Positions 40,965 to 50,030 of a stretch of 64,000 bases of DNA are shown one piece after another; the stretch's first letter is position 1; each line of letters starts with the position of its first letter. The stretch is from an uncultured Pseudomonadota bacterium (GTDB lineage Bacteria; Pseudomonadota; Alphaproteobacteria; JACZXZ01), in the NCBI GenBank assembly GCA_963749075.1, contig CAVVLJ010000021.1, positions 128,001 through 192,000 on the forward strand. The letters are read 5' to 3'. Position numbers and translations under genes: made by a program. A model generated the notes under the pieces. That model was not told the DNA's origin. It was given only the letters and a program-made list of their open reading frames with translations, and ran no database searches.

Positions 40965-41957
40965 ATGACGATTGCCGCCAGCGAATGCCTGCTTCGCATG
41001 TACGACGAGCATCACGAGCTCGAGGACTACCAGAGCGGCGTGCCGCGCTGGTGCACCGGCTGCGGGGACAATGCCATTCTTACGGCCGTGCAGCGGCTCT
41101 GCCGCGACGAGGATCTGCGGCCGGAGAAGACCGTGTTCGTGTCGGGGATCGGCTGCTCGAGCCGCTTTCCCCATTACATGAGGACCTACGGGTTCCACGG
41201 CATCCACGGCCGCGCGCTGCCGGTCGCCGAAGGCATCAAGATGGCGCGGCCGGATCTGCACGTCTTCGTCAACACCGGCGACGGGGATTGCTGCAGCATC
41301 GGCGCCGCCCACTGGATCCACGCCATCCGCTACAACATGAACATGACGGTCATGCTGCACGACAACCAGATCTACGGCCTGACCAAGATGCAGGCTTCGC
41401 CGACCTCGCCGAAGGGGCTCAAGAGCAATACCACGCCGAGAGGCGCCTATCTGGAGGCGCTGCACCCGCTGAGCGTGACGCTCGGCGTCCAGAACGTCTC
41501 CTTCGTGGCGCAGGCGGTCGATTGGATACCGGAGGTGCTTTACGACATCATCTCGGCCGCCTTCCACCACAAGGGGCTCTCCTTCGTGCGCATCGTCCAG
41601 CGCTGCCCGGAATGGTTGCCTAAGCTGCTCGATCCCTGGCTTCACGATCCGCAGCGGGTCCTGCTCCTCAACCATGAGCGGGGTCTCCGCATCAGCCCGG
41701 CCTTAGCCAAGGTCTACAAGAATCAAGAGGAGCACGACCCCGCGAATCTCAACCGGGCGCGGGAGATCTCCTCGATCGACGATCCCATCCCGGTGGGCAT
41801 CCTTTATCGCAATGCCGACGTGCCCTGCTACGAGGAGCTGAGGAACGCCGGGCAGCTGCGTTCGAGCGGGCTCATCAAGGCGGGGCTCGAGAAGGAGTTC
41901 GACAAGTTCACGGTCTGGCCGCAGAGAACGGAAGAGCCGATCGAGGCCAATGCTTGA
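40965..41957 (+). CDS. 2-oxoacid:ferredoxin oxidoreductase beta subunit
   Basis: WCTGCGD, SGIGCSSR, HGRALP, GDGD...N TPP motif, YGLTK. Confidence 0.92.
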   Translation: MTIAASECLLRMYDEHHELEDYQSGVPRWCTGCGDNAILTAVQRLCRDEDLRPEKTVFVSGIGCSSRFPHYMRTYGFHGIHGRALPVAEGIKMARPDLHVFVNTGDGDCCSIGAAHWIHAIRYNMNMTVMLHDNQIYGLTKMQASPTSPKGLKSNTTPRGAYLEALHPLSVTLGVQNVSFVAQAVDWIPEVLYDIISAAFHHKGLSFVRIVQRCPEWLPKLLDPWLHDPQRVLLLNHERGLRISPALAKVYKNQEEHDPANLNRAREISSIDDPIPVGILYRNADVPCYEELRNAGQLRSSGLIKAGLEKEFDKFTVWPQRTEEPIEANA

Positions 41958-44247
41958 CGCGTTGACGCGTCGTGAAGACGCAATCGGCAGACGGACTTTG
42001 CCGGCTGGCTTGGAAATGAAAGGCGACATCGGCATGCATGGCGGACCTCAGGCGTATGCCGCTTTTTATCTGGCGGGGAAGCGACCGGCCGGCGATCCGG
42101 ACGCCATCGACGAGCTCGGCTTGCGTCCAGCGCTCTTCGCCGGATACCGGGATCTCACCAAGCTTCGCTACGACTTTCCGCTGGTGCTTGTGGGCGCCGG
42201 CGCAGGCGAAGCGTCGCTGCAATCCCTCTCGGGCCTCTTCGACAGAGCGCTTCACGAGATCGCCCAGGGCGCCGACGGCGAGCGGCTGAGGAGGCACGCC
42301 CTGCGGATGGAGCAGGAAATCCGCACGCTCGCGGCGCGGGGCGGCGGCCAATCGCTGTCGGCACTGTGGGACGCGGCCGCAAGCCGGCTCGCGACGAAGA
42401 AGGACGATCTCTTCCGCGACAGCCTGGCCCGCGTCCGCGCCGCCCTCAAGCCCGAGGGAGAGGTCGTCGATTGCGACCAGGCGATGCCGGTGCTGGTCTT
42501 GAGCCACGTCTGGCGGACGGTGCAGCAGAAGAAATCGCGGAGATTGCGCGAAGACGTGGACAGGCTCGCCCTCAAGCTTTCCGACATCCTCAAGGCCGAT
42601 TTCGTCCGCTCGGAGGAAGGCCGTAGCGCCAAGAGCCTCAAGGCCTCCATCGGGCCGGCGCAAGAGGGGGCCTTCGATTTCGACGCGATGTCGCGTCTGC
42701 TCGGCAAGGCGGCGCCCAAGGCCTCGCTCTCCGAGGCCCGCCGCCAACGCATCCGCTGGCTGCTCTCGGTGCTGCGCTCGCAGAGGCTCTTCTCGGTGTC
42801 CGGTGCGGCCGAGAAACCGGCCGACGCTGGAGCGCCTTACGCTTTTGTCTTCGAGAGCTGCACCAGCGCCGTCGACGCCTACCGCGAGCGGCTGCCCAAG
42901 ATGATCGAGCTCGCCAAGGCCATCGCAATGGCCGGGCTCGAGATCGAGGGAGAATACCGGGAGGCGAGGCACGATGCGTTCTTCGAGGAGTTCGGCAGCA
43001 ACGGCCTCGATCCGAGGGATGCCGCCTTGTTCCCGGACTATCTGGTTTGCCTCAACGTCGCCGACATGCCGCCGGTTGAGATGACCAGGCTCGTGGAAGT
43101 TCTCTCCGCAGGCTTGCCGATGAAGATCCTGGTCCAGACCGACGATATCCTCGAGCCATCGCCGATCGGCAACGGACGCCCCGCCCTCGGCTCGCGCGGC
43201 AAGCTCATCGCGGGCTCGATGATCGCATCGGGCGAGATCTACGTTTTGCAGTCGAGCGGCTCGAACTTGCTCCGCTGCCGGGACGGCATCTTCAACGGAC
43301 TGGCCTACGCGGGGCCCGCCCTCTTCAGCATCTTCTCCGGCGCCACCGGACATGCCGGCGACCTGCCGCCCTATCTGGTCGCCGCGGCGGCGATGGAGTC
43401 GCGCGCCTTTGCCGCCTTCGTTTACGACCCGTCGGCAGGGCCCGACTGGGCGTCGCGCTTCCGCCTCGAGGACAATCCCCAGGTAGCGCTCGACTGGCCG
43501 GTCCATAGCCTCGCCTTCGAGGACGAGGCGCACCAGCGGATTCCCGAGAGCCTGGCTTTTACGCTCGTCGATTTCCTCGCCTGCGATCGGCGCCTTGCCA
43601 AGGATTTTGCCAAGGTGCCGCGCGCCGAGTGGAACGGGCGCATGGTGCCGGTGACCGAGTGTCTGGCGCATGAGCCGGAGGGCGTACCCGAGAAGCTGCC
43701 CTCTCTCTGCATGGTCGATCGCGACAACGTGCTCCAGAAGGTGATCGTCGACAATGCGCTGGTCCGCGAGGCGCGCCGCTGCGCGGAAATGTGGCGCAGC
43801 CTTCAGGAGCTCGGCGGCATCCGTAACTCGCATGCCCTGAGGCTTCTCGCGCGCGAGCGCACGGCATGGCAAGAGCAGCTGCAGCGCGAAATCGAGGTGC
43901 GCGGAAGCGGAGCAGTGCCGGCGAAAGACGCGCCGGCTCCAGCGCCGGCCGCGGCGGCGGCGGCTCCCCAGCAGGCCGAAGCGGAGACGGAACGGCCGTC
44001 CGACGAGCCCTACATCGAGACGCCGCGCTGCAATAGTTGCAACGAGTGCACGCAGATCAACAACAAGATGTTCGGCTATAACAAGGACAAGCAGGCGCTC
44101 ATCGTGGATCCGGCGGCCGGAACCTATCGTCAGCTCGTGGAAGCCGCCGAGAGCTGCCAGGTGTCCATCATTCATCCCGGCAAGCCGCGCAATCCGAATG
44201 AGGCCGGGCTCGAGGAGTTGATGGCGCGGGCCGCAGCTTTCCTGTAA
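41950..44247 (+). CDS. Large protein with degenerate PFOR-like C-terminal region and terminal ferredoxin domain (start uncertain; alternative ATGs at 42016/42034)
   Basis: AMESRAF..FVYDP, NPQ..DWP, FTLVDF resemble PFOR C-terminal segments; Ala/Pro linker then CNSCNEC...C. Confidence 0.7.
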   Translation: MLDALTRREDAIGRRTLPAGLEMKGDIGMHGGPQAYAAFYLAGKRPAGDPDAIDELGLRPALFAGYRDLTKLRYDFPLVLVGAGAGEASLQSLSGLFDRALHEIAQGADGERLRRHALRMEQEIRTLAARGGGQSLSALWDAAASRLATKKDDLFRDSLARVRAALKPEGEVVDCDQAMPVLVLSHVWRTVQQKKSRRLREDVDRLALKLSDILKADFVRSEEGRSAKSLKASIGPAQEGAFDFDAMSRLLGKAAPKASLSEARRQRIRWLLSVLRSQRLFSVSGAAEKPADAGAPYAFVFESCTSAVDAYRERLPKMIELAKAIAMAGLEIEGEYREARHDAFFEEFGSNGLDPRDAALFPDYLVCLNVADMPPVEMTRLVEVLSAGLPMKILVQTDDILEPSPIGNGRPALGSRGKLIAGSMIASGEIYVLQSSGSNLLRCRDGIFNGLAYAGPALFSIFSGATGHAGDLPPYLVAAAAMESRAFAAFVYDPSAGPDWASRFRLEDNPQVALDWPVHSLAFEDEAHQRIPESLAFTLVDFLACDRRLAKDFAKVPRAEWNGRMVPVTECLAHEPEGVPEKLPSLCMVDRDNVLQKVIVDNALVREARRCAEMWRSLQELGGIRNSHALRLLARERTAWQEQLQREIEVRGSGAVPAKDAPAPAPAAAAAAPQQAEAETERPSDEPYIETPRCNSCNECTQINNKMFGYNKDKQALIVDPAAGTYRQLVEAAESCQVSIIHPGKPRNPNEAGLEELMARAAAFL

Positions 44248-44303
44248 TCGGCGAGAAATACCCTCTCCGTTGCACGCAATGCGTGTGGTCAAGGCGGACG
44301 AAG

Positions 44304-44600
44304 TTATCCGAGCGAGCCGAGGCGGAGCGTCCAAGGGATCAGCTGGGTAATCTCGAGGAGAGCCATGCGGGTCCATGGATTTTCGGAGAGGCGCGCCCTG
44401 ATCTCTTGCGCATCTTTCGCTCGAATGACCAGCAAGGCGTCTCGCGTGCCCTCGAGCGGCCCTCCTATGAGCACGAAGCCCTCGGCCTGAAGAGCGTTCA
44501 TGAACAGAGCATGAGCCTTCCACGCCTCCTGCTCTTCCATCGGCAGCGAGTCGTTCCAAGCACTACCCCGCGAGCGCGTGACGGCGAAAAGTCGTGCCAT
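44304..44600 (-). CDS. YciI-like protein
   Basis: AHALFM, IGGPL, PW pattern; GGAGG upstream. Confidence 0.7.
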   Translation of the reverse strand: MARLFAVTRSRGSAWNDSLPMEEQEAWKAHALFMNALQAEGFVLIGGPLEGTRDALLVIRAKDAQEIRARLSENPWTRMALLEITQLIPWTLRLGSLG

Positions 44601-44702
44601 GGATTGATCCTCCGAGCCGCGGTGCGGCCGCCGGCTATCTTGTTGCCTGCGCAGCCGTCGGCGCAACTGCTCTGCCATCTGCCGGCGCGGCCAGCCGCAC
44701 CC

Positions 44703-44718
44703 CGTTTCACGTGAAACA
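44703..44718. promoter_or_regulatory. parS centromere site
   Basis: CGTTTCACGTGAAACA upstream of mnmG. Confidence 0.92.
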
Positions 44719-44768
44719 TCCCGCGCGCCGCTTTGACTTGCCGCCGCTCCGCCCGTAAATTCCGCGCC

Positions 44769-46658
44769 ATGGCGGAGAGCGGGCGGCGTTACGACGTCAT
44801 CGTGGTGGGCGGCGGGCATGCGGGCTGCGAGGCGGCGGCGGCGGCGGCGCGCTTTGGCGCGCGCACGCTCCTCCTGAGCCATAGGCTCGACACCATCGGG
44901 GAGATGTCCTGCAACCCGGCCATCGGCGGGCTCGCCAAGGGCCAGCTCGTGCGCGAGGTCGACGCCCTCGACGGGGCGATGGCGCGCTCGATCGACCGCG
45001 CCGGCATCCAGTTCCGCATGCTCAACCGCAGCAAGGGCCCGGCGGTGCGCGGGCCCCGCGCCCAGGCCAACCGCAAGCTCTACAAGGCGGCCATGCAGGC
45101 GATCCTCGCCGAGGTGGCGGGTCTCGAGTTGCGCGCGGCCGCGGTCGAGGACCTGCTGCTCGAAGGCGAGGGGCGGGTGGCGGGCGTCGTCACCGCGGAA
45201 GGGGAGGCCATCCGCGCCGGCGCCGTGGTGCTCACCACCGGCACCTTCCTCCGCGGCCTCATCCATATCGGCGAGGAGCAGCGCCCCGCAGGCCGCGTTG
45301 GCGAGGCGCCCTCCCTCGGCCTCTCGGCGACCCTCGAGCGCTGCGGCTTTGCGCTCGGCCGGCTCAAGACCGGCACGCCGCCGCGCCTCGACGGCCGCAC
45401 CATCGACTGGGCCGGCCTCGAGGTGCAGCACGGCGACGAGCCGCCGCAGCCCTTCTCCTTCCTAACCGACCGCATCGCGGTACCCCAGACCGTCTGCCAC
45501 ATCACCTATACGACCCCCGCGGCCCATGCGCTCATCCGCGCCAACCTCCACCGCGCGCCGATGTATTCGGGCCAGATCGCCAGCACCGGCCCGCGCTATT
45601 GCCCCTCGATCGAGGACAAGGTTGTGCGCTTCGCCGGCAAGGAGCGCCACCAGATCTTCCTCGAGCCGGAGGGGCTGGACGACCCGACCGTCTACCCCAA
45701 CGGCATCTCGACCTCGCTGCCGCGCGAGGTGCAGGAGGCCCTGCTCGCGGCCATTCCCGGGCTCGAGCGCGCGCGCATGCTGCGGCCGGGCTATGCCATC
45801 GAGTACGACTTCGTCGATCCGCGCGAGCTTTGGCCGAGCCTCGAGACGCGGCGCGTAGCCGGGCTCTATTTCGCGGGCCAGATCAACGGCACCACGGGCT
45901 ATGAGGAGGCGGCGGCCCAGGGCCTCTTGGCCGGCCTCAATGCCGCGCGCGCCGCGGGCGGGCTCGAGCCGCTCGTCCTCGGCCGCGCCGATGCCTATAT
46001 CGGCGTGCTCATCGACGATCTGGTGACACTCGGCACCACCGAGCCCTACCGCATGTTCACCTCGCGGGCCGAGTACCGGCTCACCCTGCGCGCCGACAAT
46101 GCCGATCTGCGCTTGACGCCGCAGGGGATCGCCGCCGGCTGCGTCTCGGCGGCGCGCGCGGCGGCCTTTGCCGCCAAGTGCGCGGCGCTCGAGGCCGGGC
46201 GCGCGCTCGTGCGCCGGCTCGGCGATACGCCGAGCGCCCTGCGGCGCCGCGGCCTCGCCGTCAATCTCGACGGCGCCCGGCGCAGCGCCGCCGATCTCTT
46301 GCGCGACCCCAACCTCGGCTTCCCGGAGCTCGCCGTCATCTGGCCCGAGCTCGCGGCGCTCGGGCCCGAGGTCCGCGAGCAGATCGAGATCGACGCGCGC
46401 TACGCGGGCTATCTCGAGCGCCAGGAGGCCAACATCCGCGCCTTCCGGCGGGACGAGCAGCTCGATCTGCCGGCGGACCTCGACTACACAAGGATTGGTG
46501 GGCTCTCTGCCGAAGCCTACCAGAAGTTGAGCGCCGTGCGGCCCCGTACCCTGGGCCAGGCCGCCCGCATCCCGGGCATCACGCCGGCCGCCCTGACGGC
46601 TCTCTTGCGCCACGTGCGCCGCGGCGTTGCGGCCGAGCCGGCGCTCCGTTCGGCGTGA
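44769..46658 (+). CDS. mnmG: tRNA uridine-5-carboxymethylaminomethyl modification enzyme
   Basis: [43 protein letters not shown]. Confidence 0.97.
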   Translation: MAESGRRYDVIVVGGGHAGCEAAAAAARFGARTLLLSHRLDTIGEMSCNPAIGGLAKGQLVREVDALDGAMARSIDRAGIQFRMLNRSKGPAVRGPRAQANRKLYKAAMQAILAEVAGLELRAAAVEDLLLEGEGRVAGVVTAEGEAIRAGAVVLTTGTFLRGLIHIGEEQRPAGRVGEAPSLGLSATLERCGFALGRLKTGTPPRLDGRTIDWAGLEVQHGDEPPQPFSFLTDRIAVPQTVCHITYTTPAAHALIRANLHRAPMYSGQIASTGPRYCPSIEDKVVRFAGKERHQIFLEPEGLDDPTVYPNGISTSLPREVQEALLAAIPGLERARMLRPGYAIEYDFVDPRELWPSLETRRVAGLYFAGQINGTTGYEEAAAQGLLAGLNAARAAGGLEPLVLGRADAYIGVLIDDLVTLGTTEPYRMFTSRAEYRLTLRADNADLRLTPQGIAAGCVSAARAAAFAAKCAALEAGRALVRRLGDTPSALRRRGLAVNLDGARRSAADLLRDPNLGFPELAVIWPELAALGPEVREQIEIDARYAGYLERQEANIRAFRRDEQLDLPADLDYTRIGGLSAEAYQKLSAVRPRTLGQAARIPGITPAALTALLRHVRRGVAAEPALRSA

Positions 46659-47290
46659 CTGCCGCACGGCCGCTCTCGCCCGAGGAATTCGCGGCGGCCC
46701 TCAATGTTTCACGTGAAACATTGGCGCGTTTCGAGCGCTACGCGGCGCTCTTGCTGCGCTGGCAGAAGGCGATCAACCTCGTTGCGGCGGGCACGTTGCC
46801 GGACCTGTGGCGCCGGCACATGCTCGATTCCGCCCAGCTCCTGCGCTACATCCCGCAGCTCCCCTGCCGCCTTGCCGACCTCGGCAGCGGCGCCGGCTTT
46901 CCCGGCCTGGTGCTGGCACTCCTCGGCGCCGGCGAGGTCGAGCTCGTCGAGGCGGACGCGCGCAAGTGCGCCTTCCTCCGCGAGGCCATCCGGGTGACCG
47001 GTGCCGCCGCGAGCGTGCGGCAATGCCGCATCGCGGAGCTCGCTCCCGCCGCCTATCAGGTGGTGACGGCGCGCGCACTGGCGCCGCTCGAGGAGCTCCT
47101 CGGCTATGCGGCAGCGCTCCTCGCCCCCGGCGGCGCCGCCCTCCTGCTCAAGGGCCGCCGGGTCGAGGAAGAATTGACCGCGGCGCGCAAAGCGTGGAAG
47201 ATGCAGCTCGAGCGTTTTCCAAGCGAAGCCGAACCGGGCGGGCGGGTACTTCGCGTGAAGGAGATTACCCGTGTTCCATCAGATAGATAG
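46655..47290 (+). CDS. rsmG: 16S rRNA m7G527 methyltransferase
   Basis: [35 protein letters not shown]. Confidence 0.93.
   Translation: MTAARPLSPEEFAAALNVSRETLARFERYAALLLRWQKAINLVAAGTLPDLWRRHMLDSAQLLRYIPQLPCRLADLGSGAGFPGLVLALLGAGEVELVEADARKCAFLREAIRVTGAAASVRQCRIAELAPAAYQVVTARALAPLEELLGYAAALLAPGGAALLLKGRRVEEELTAARKAWKMQLERFPSEAEPGGRVLRVKEITRVPSDR
46705..46720. promoter_or_regulatory. parS site inside rsmG
   Basis: TGTTTCACGTGAAACA within the 22-bp perfect palindrome 46702-46723. Confidence 0.95.
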
Positions 47291-48116
47291 CCCGGACGAC
47301 CGCGACGCTCCCCGGCACCCGCGTATCATTGCGGTGGCGAATCAGAAGGGCGGAGTCGGCAAGACCACGACGGCGATCAACCTCGGCACCGCCCTCGCGG
47401 CCGTGGGGCAGCGCGTCCTCCTCATCGATTTCGATCCCCAGGGCAATGCCTCGACCGGCCTCGGCATCGATCGCGAGCGCCGCCGCTTCAGCTCCTACGA
47501 GATGCTCGTCGACCGCCTGCCGGTCGCCCAGGCCGTCGTCGCGACGGGCATCCCCGGCCTCTCGCTGATCCCGGCGTCGCTCGAGCTCACCGGCGCCGAG
47601 CTCGAGCTCGTTGCCACCCCGCGCCGCGAGTACCAGCTCCGCGACGCTTTGGCCACCATGCCCGTCGCCTTCGACTATATCCTCATCGATTGCCCGCCGG
47701 CGCTCGGCCTCCTCACTCTCAACGCTCTTGTCGCGGCCGACGCGGTGCTGGTGCCGCTGCAGGTCGAGTTCTATGCGTTGGAAGGGCTCAGCCATCTCAT
47801 CGGTACGATCGAACGCGTCAAACGTACGCTCAATCCTAAGCTTGCTATACAAGGGATAGTATTGACTATGTACGATAAACGCAATGGATTGAGCGAACTC
47901 ATCGCTAGAGACGTACGCGAACACCTCGCCGACAAGGTCTATCAGACCGTCATACCACGCAACGTACGTGTCTCGGAGGCGCCTTCGCACGGCAAGCCGG
48001 TGCTGCTCTACGACCTGCGCTGCGCCGGCGCCCAGGCCTACTTGCAACTGGCGAGCGAGGTGCTGCGTCAGGAAGGGCTGGCCTCCGACGCCGCAGCGGA
48101 TGGGGTGCCGGCGTGA
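47271..48116 (+). CDS. parA: Chromosome partitioning ATPase
   Basis: NQKGGVGKTTT, DPQGNAST, IDCPP, IPRNVRVSEAPSHG. Confidence 0.96.
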   Translation: MFHQIDSPDDRDAPRHPRIIAVANQKGGVGKTTTAINLGTALAAVGQRVLLIDFDPQGNASTGLGIDRERRRFSSYEMLVDRLPVAQAVVATGIPGLSLIPASLELTGAELELVATPRREYQLRDALATMPVAFDYILIDCPPALGLLTLNALVAADAVLVPLQVEFYALEGLSHLIGTIERVKRTLNPKLAIQGIVLTMYDKRNGLSELIARDVREHLADKVYQTVIPRNVRVSEAPSHGKPVLLYDLRCAGAQAYLQLASEVLRQEGLASDAAADGVPA

Positions 48117-48985
48117 CGGCCCAGGACACCAAGCGGCGCGGCCTCGGCCGCGGCCTCTCGGCGCTGCTCGGGGCCGAGCGCGAGGACGCTCGCGCAGCGG
48201 AGGGCGGGCGAGCGCTCCACAGCCTGCCGACGAGCGCGCTCCGGCCCGGGCGCTTCCAGCCGCGCCGCAGCTTCGATGCCGAGGAGATGGCCTCGCTCGT
48301 GCGCTCGATCGAAGCCCAGGGCATCCTGCAGCCCATCCTGGTGCGCCGCGCACCGGACGAGCCGGGCATCTACGAGATCATTGCCGGCGAGCGGCGCTGG
48401 CGCGCGGCGCAGCAGATCCCGCTCCACGAGGTGCCGGTCAGCGTCCGCGAGCTCAGCGACGGCGAGGCGCTCGAGATCGCCCTCGTCGAGAACATCCAGC
48501 GCCAGGACCTGAGCCCGCTCGAGGAGGCCGAGGGCTATCGCCGGCTCATGGAGGAATTCGCCCACAGCCAGGACGGCCTCGCCAAGGTGGTGGGCAAGAG
48601 CCGCAGCCACGTTGCCAACACGCTGCGCCTCCTGGCACTTCCGCCGCCGGTCAAGGAGCTCCTTGCCAAGGGCGCGCTGAGCGCAGGCCATGCCCGCGCC
48701 CTTCTCAACGCAAGCGATGCTGTGGCCCTCGCCGAGACGGTCGTCGCGCGCGGCCTGAACGTGCGGCAGACCGAGCGTCTGGCGCAGAAGACCGGGCGGC
48801 GCCGTGCCATGCTGCCGCGCGCCGGCAAGGACGCGGACACGCTGGCCCTCGAGCGCGATCTCGCCCTCAAGCTCGGCCTCGCGGTCACGATCAGGAGCAA
48901 GAAGCGGGGCGGCGAGCTGGTCTTACGCTACGCCACGCTCGAGCAGCTCGACGACCTCATCGCGCGCCTCGCGCGCGCGCTATAG
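48113..48985 (+). CDS. parB: Chromosome partitioning protein
   Basis: [36 protein letters not shown]. Confidence 0.96.
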   Translation: MTAQDTKRRGLGRGLSALLGAEREDARAAEGGRALHSLPTSALRPGRFQPRRSFDAEEMASLVRSIEAQGILQPILVRRAPDEPGIYEIIAGERRWRAAQQIPLHEVPVSVRELSDGEALEIALVENIQRQDLSPLEEAEGYRRLMEEFAHSQDGLAKVVGKSRSHVANTLRLLALPPPVKELLAKGALSAGHARALLNASDAVALAETVVARGLNVRQTERLAQKTGRRRAMLPRAGKDADTLALERDLALKLGLAVTIRSKKRGGELVLRYATLEQLDDLIARLARAL

Positions 48986-48992
48986 ACGCCCC

Positions 48993-50030
48993 TCAGCGCG
49001 CGCGCCGCTGGCGCGCGGCCCAGCCCGCGAGCTCGAGGAGGGCGCGCGCGGCCACGGCCTCGTCCGGCATGCCGGTCGACTTGCAGGCGATCTCCGCGGC
49101 GGTGAGCCGCTGAAGGGCATCCGCCACGCGGGCCGCGGGCCACATCCTGAGCTGGCTAATGAAACGGCCGCGCACCTTCCAGAAGAGCCTGGGCTTGAGG
49201 CCATCGGCCGCGCGCTCGGCCGTCTCGCCGCCCTCGACGCGGCCGGCCGCGAGATGCAGGCGCTGGAAATAGCGCTCGGCCGCGCGCAGCGCCCCTACCG
49301 GCGTCTCGCCCTCGGCGAAGGCGCGCGCGAGCGCTTGGCCGACGGCACGGCCGTCGCCCTCCGCCGCCGCCAGCACCGCGTCGTCGAGCGAATGCCCGGC
49401 GCTGTCGCCGATCGAGGCCTCGACGTCCTCGAGGCGCACCTCGCCGCCGCCTTCGCCCATGTAGAGCACGAGCTTCTCGAGCTCGCTGCGCGTCACCAGC
49501 CGGTCGCCGCCGAGGTGGCCGAGGAGATAATCGAGCGCCTCGGGCGTGACACTGAGGCGCCCCTGGCGCAAGGCCTCGCGCACGAGGGTGGCCAAGCTGT
49601 CCTCATTGTCGGCGTAGCAGGCGACCGCCGCGGCGTTCGCCGTCTCCTCGCAAAGGAGGCGCAGCTTCGAGCGCGCGGCAAGCTCGCCCGCCTCGACGAC
49701 GACGAGCGCATCGCCGGCGCCCGAGGCAAGAAAGGTCTCGAGCGGGGCCGCCGCGGCGTCGCCCGCGTCGCGCAGGCGGACCACGCGGCGGCCGCCCGTG
49801 AGGGCGATCTGCGCCGCCTCGTCGAGAAGGCGCGCCGGATCGTCGCGCAAGGCGGCGGGCAGGAGCTCGACGACGCGGAAGGGATCGCCGAGATCCGCGA
49901 CGACGGTACGGCAGAGCCGGTCCGCACGCTCGCGCACGAGGCCGGCGTCCGGACCGTAGAGCAGCACCGCGCGCACCGCGGGATCGGGCTTGGCCACGAA
50001 GGCGTCGCTGCGCGGATTCGCGATCTTCAT
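48993..50030 (-). CDS. holA: DNA polymerase III delta subunit
   Basis: LLYGPDAGLV, SKLR, ELEKLVLY; ATG overlaps the leuS stop. Confidence 0.9.
   Translation of the reverse strand: MKIANPRSDAFVAKPDPAVRAVLLYGPDAGLVRERADRLCRTVVADLGDPFRVVELLPAALRDDPARLLDEAAQIALTGGRRVVRLRDAGDAAAAPLETFLASGAGDALVVVEAGELAARSKLRLLCEETANAAAVACYADNEDSLATLVREALRQGRLSVTPEALDYLLGHLGGDRLVTRSELEKLVLYMGEGGGEVRLEDVEASIGDSAGHSLDDAVLAAAEGDGRAVGQALARAFAEGETPVGALRAAERYFQRLHLAAGRVEGGETAERAADGLKPRLFWKVRGRFISQLRMWPAARVADALQRLTAAEIACKSTGMPDEAVAARALLELAGWAARQRRAR

Noticed and set aside
46704-46997. MFHVKH-starting ORFs (46704 and within 44498-44770)
   Set aside because: They are translations of the parS palindrome, not genes
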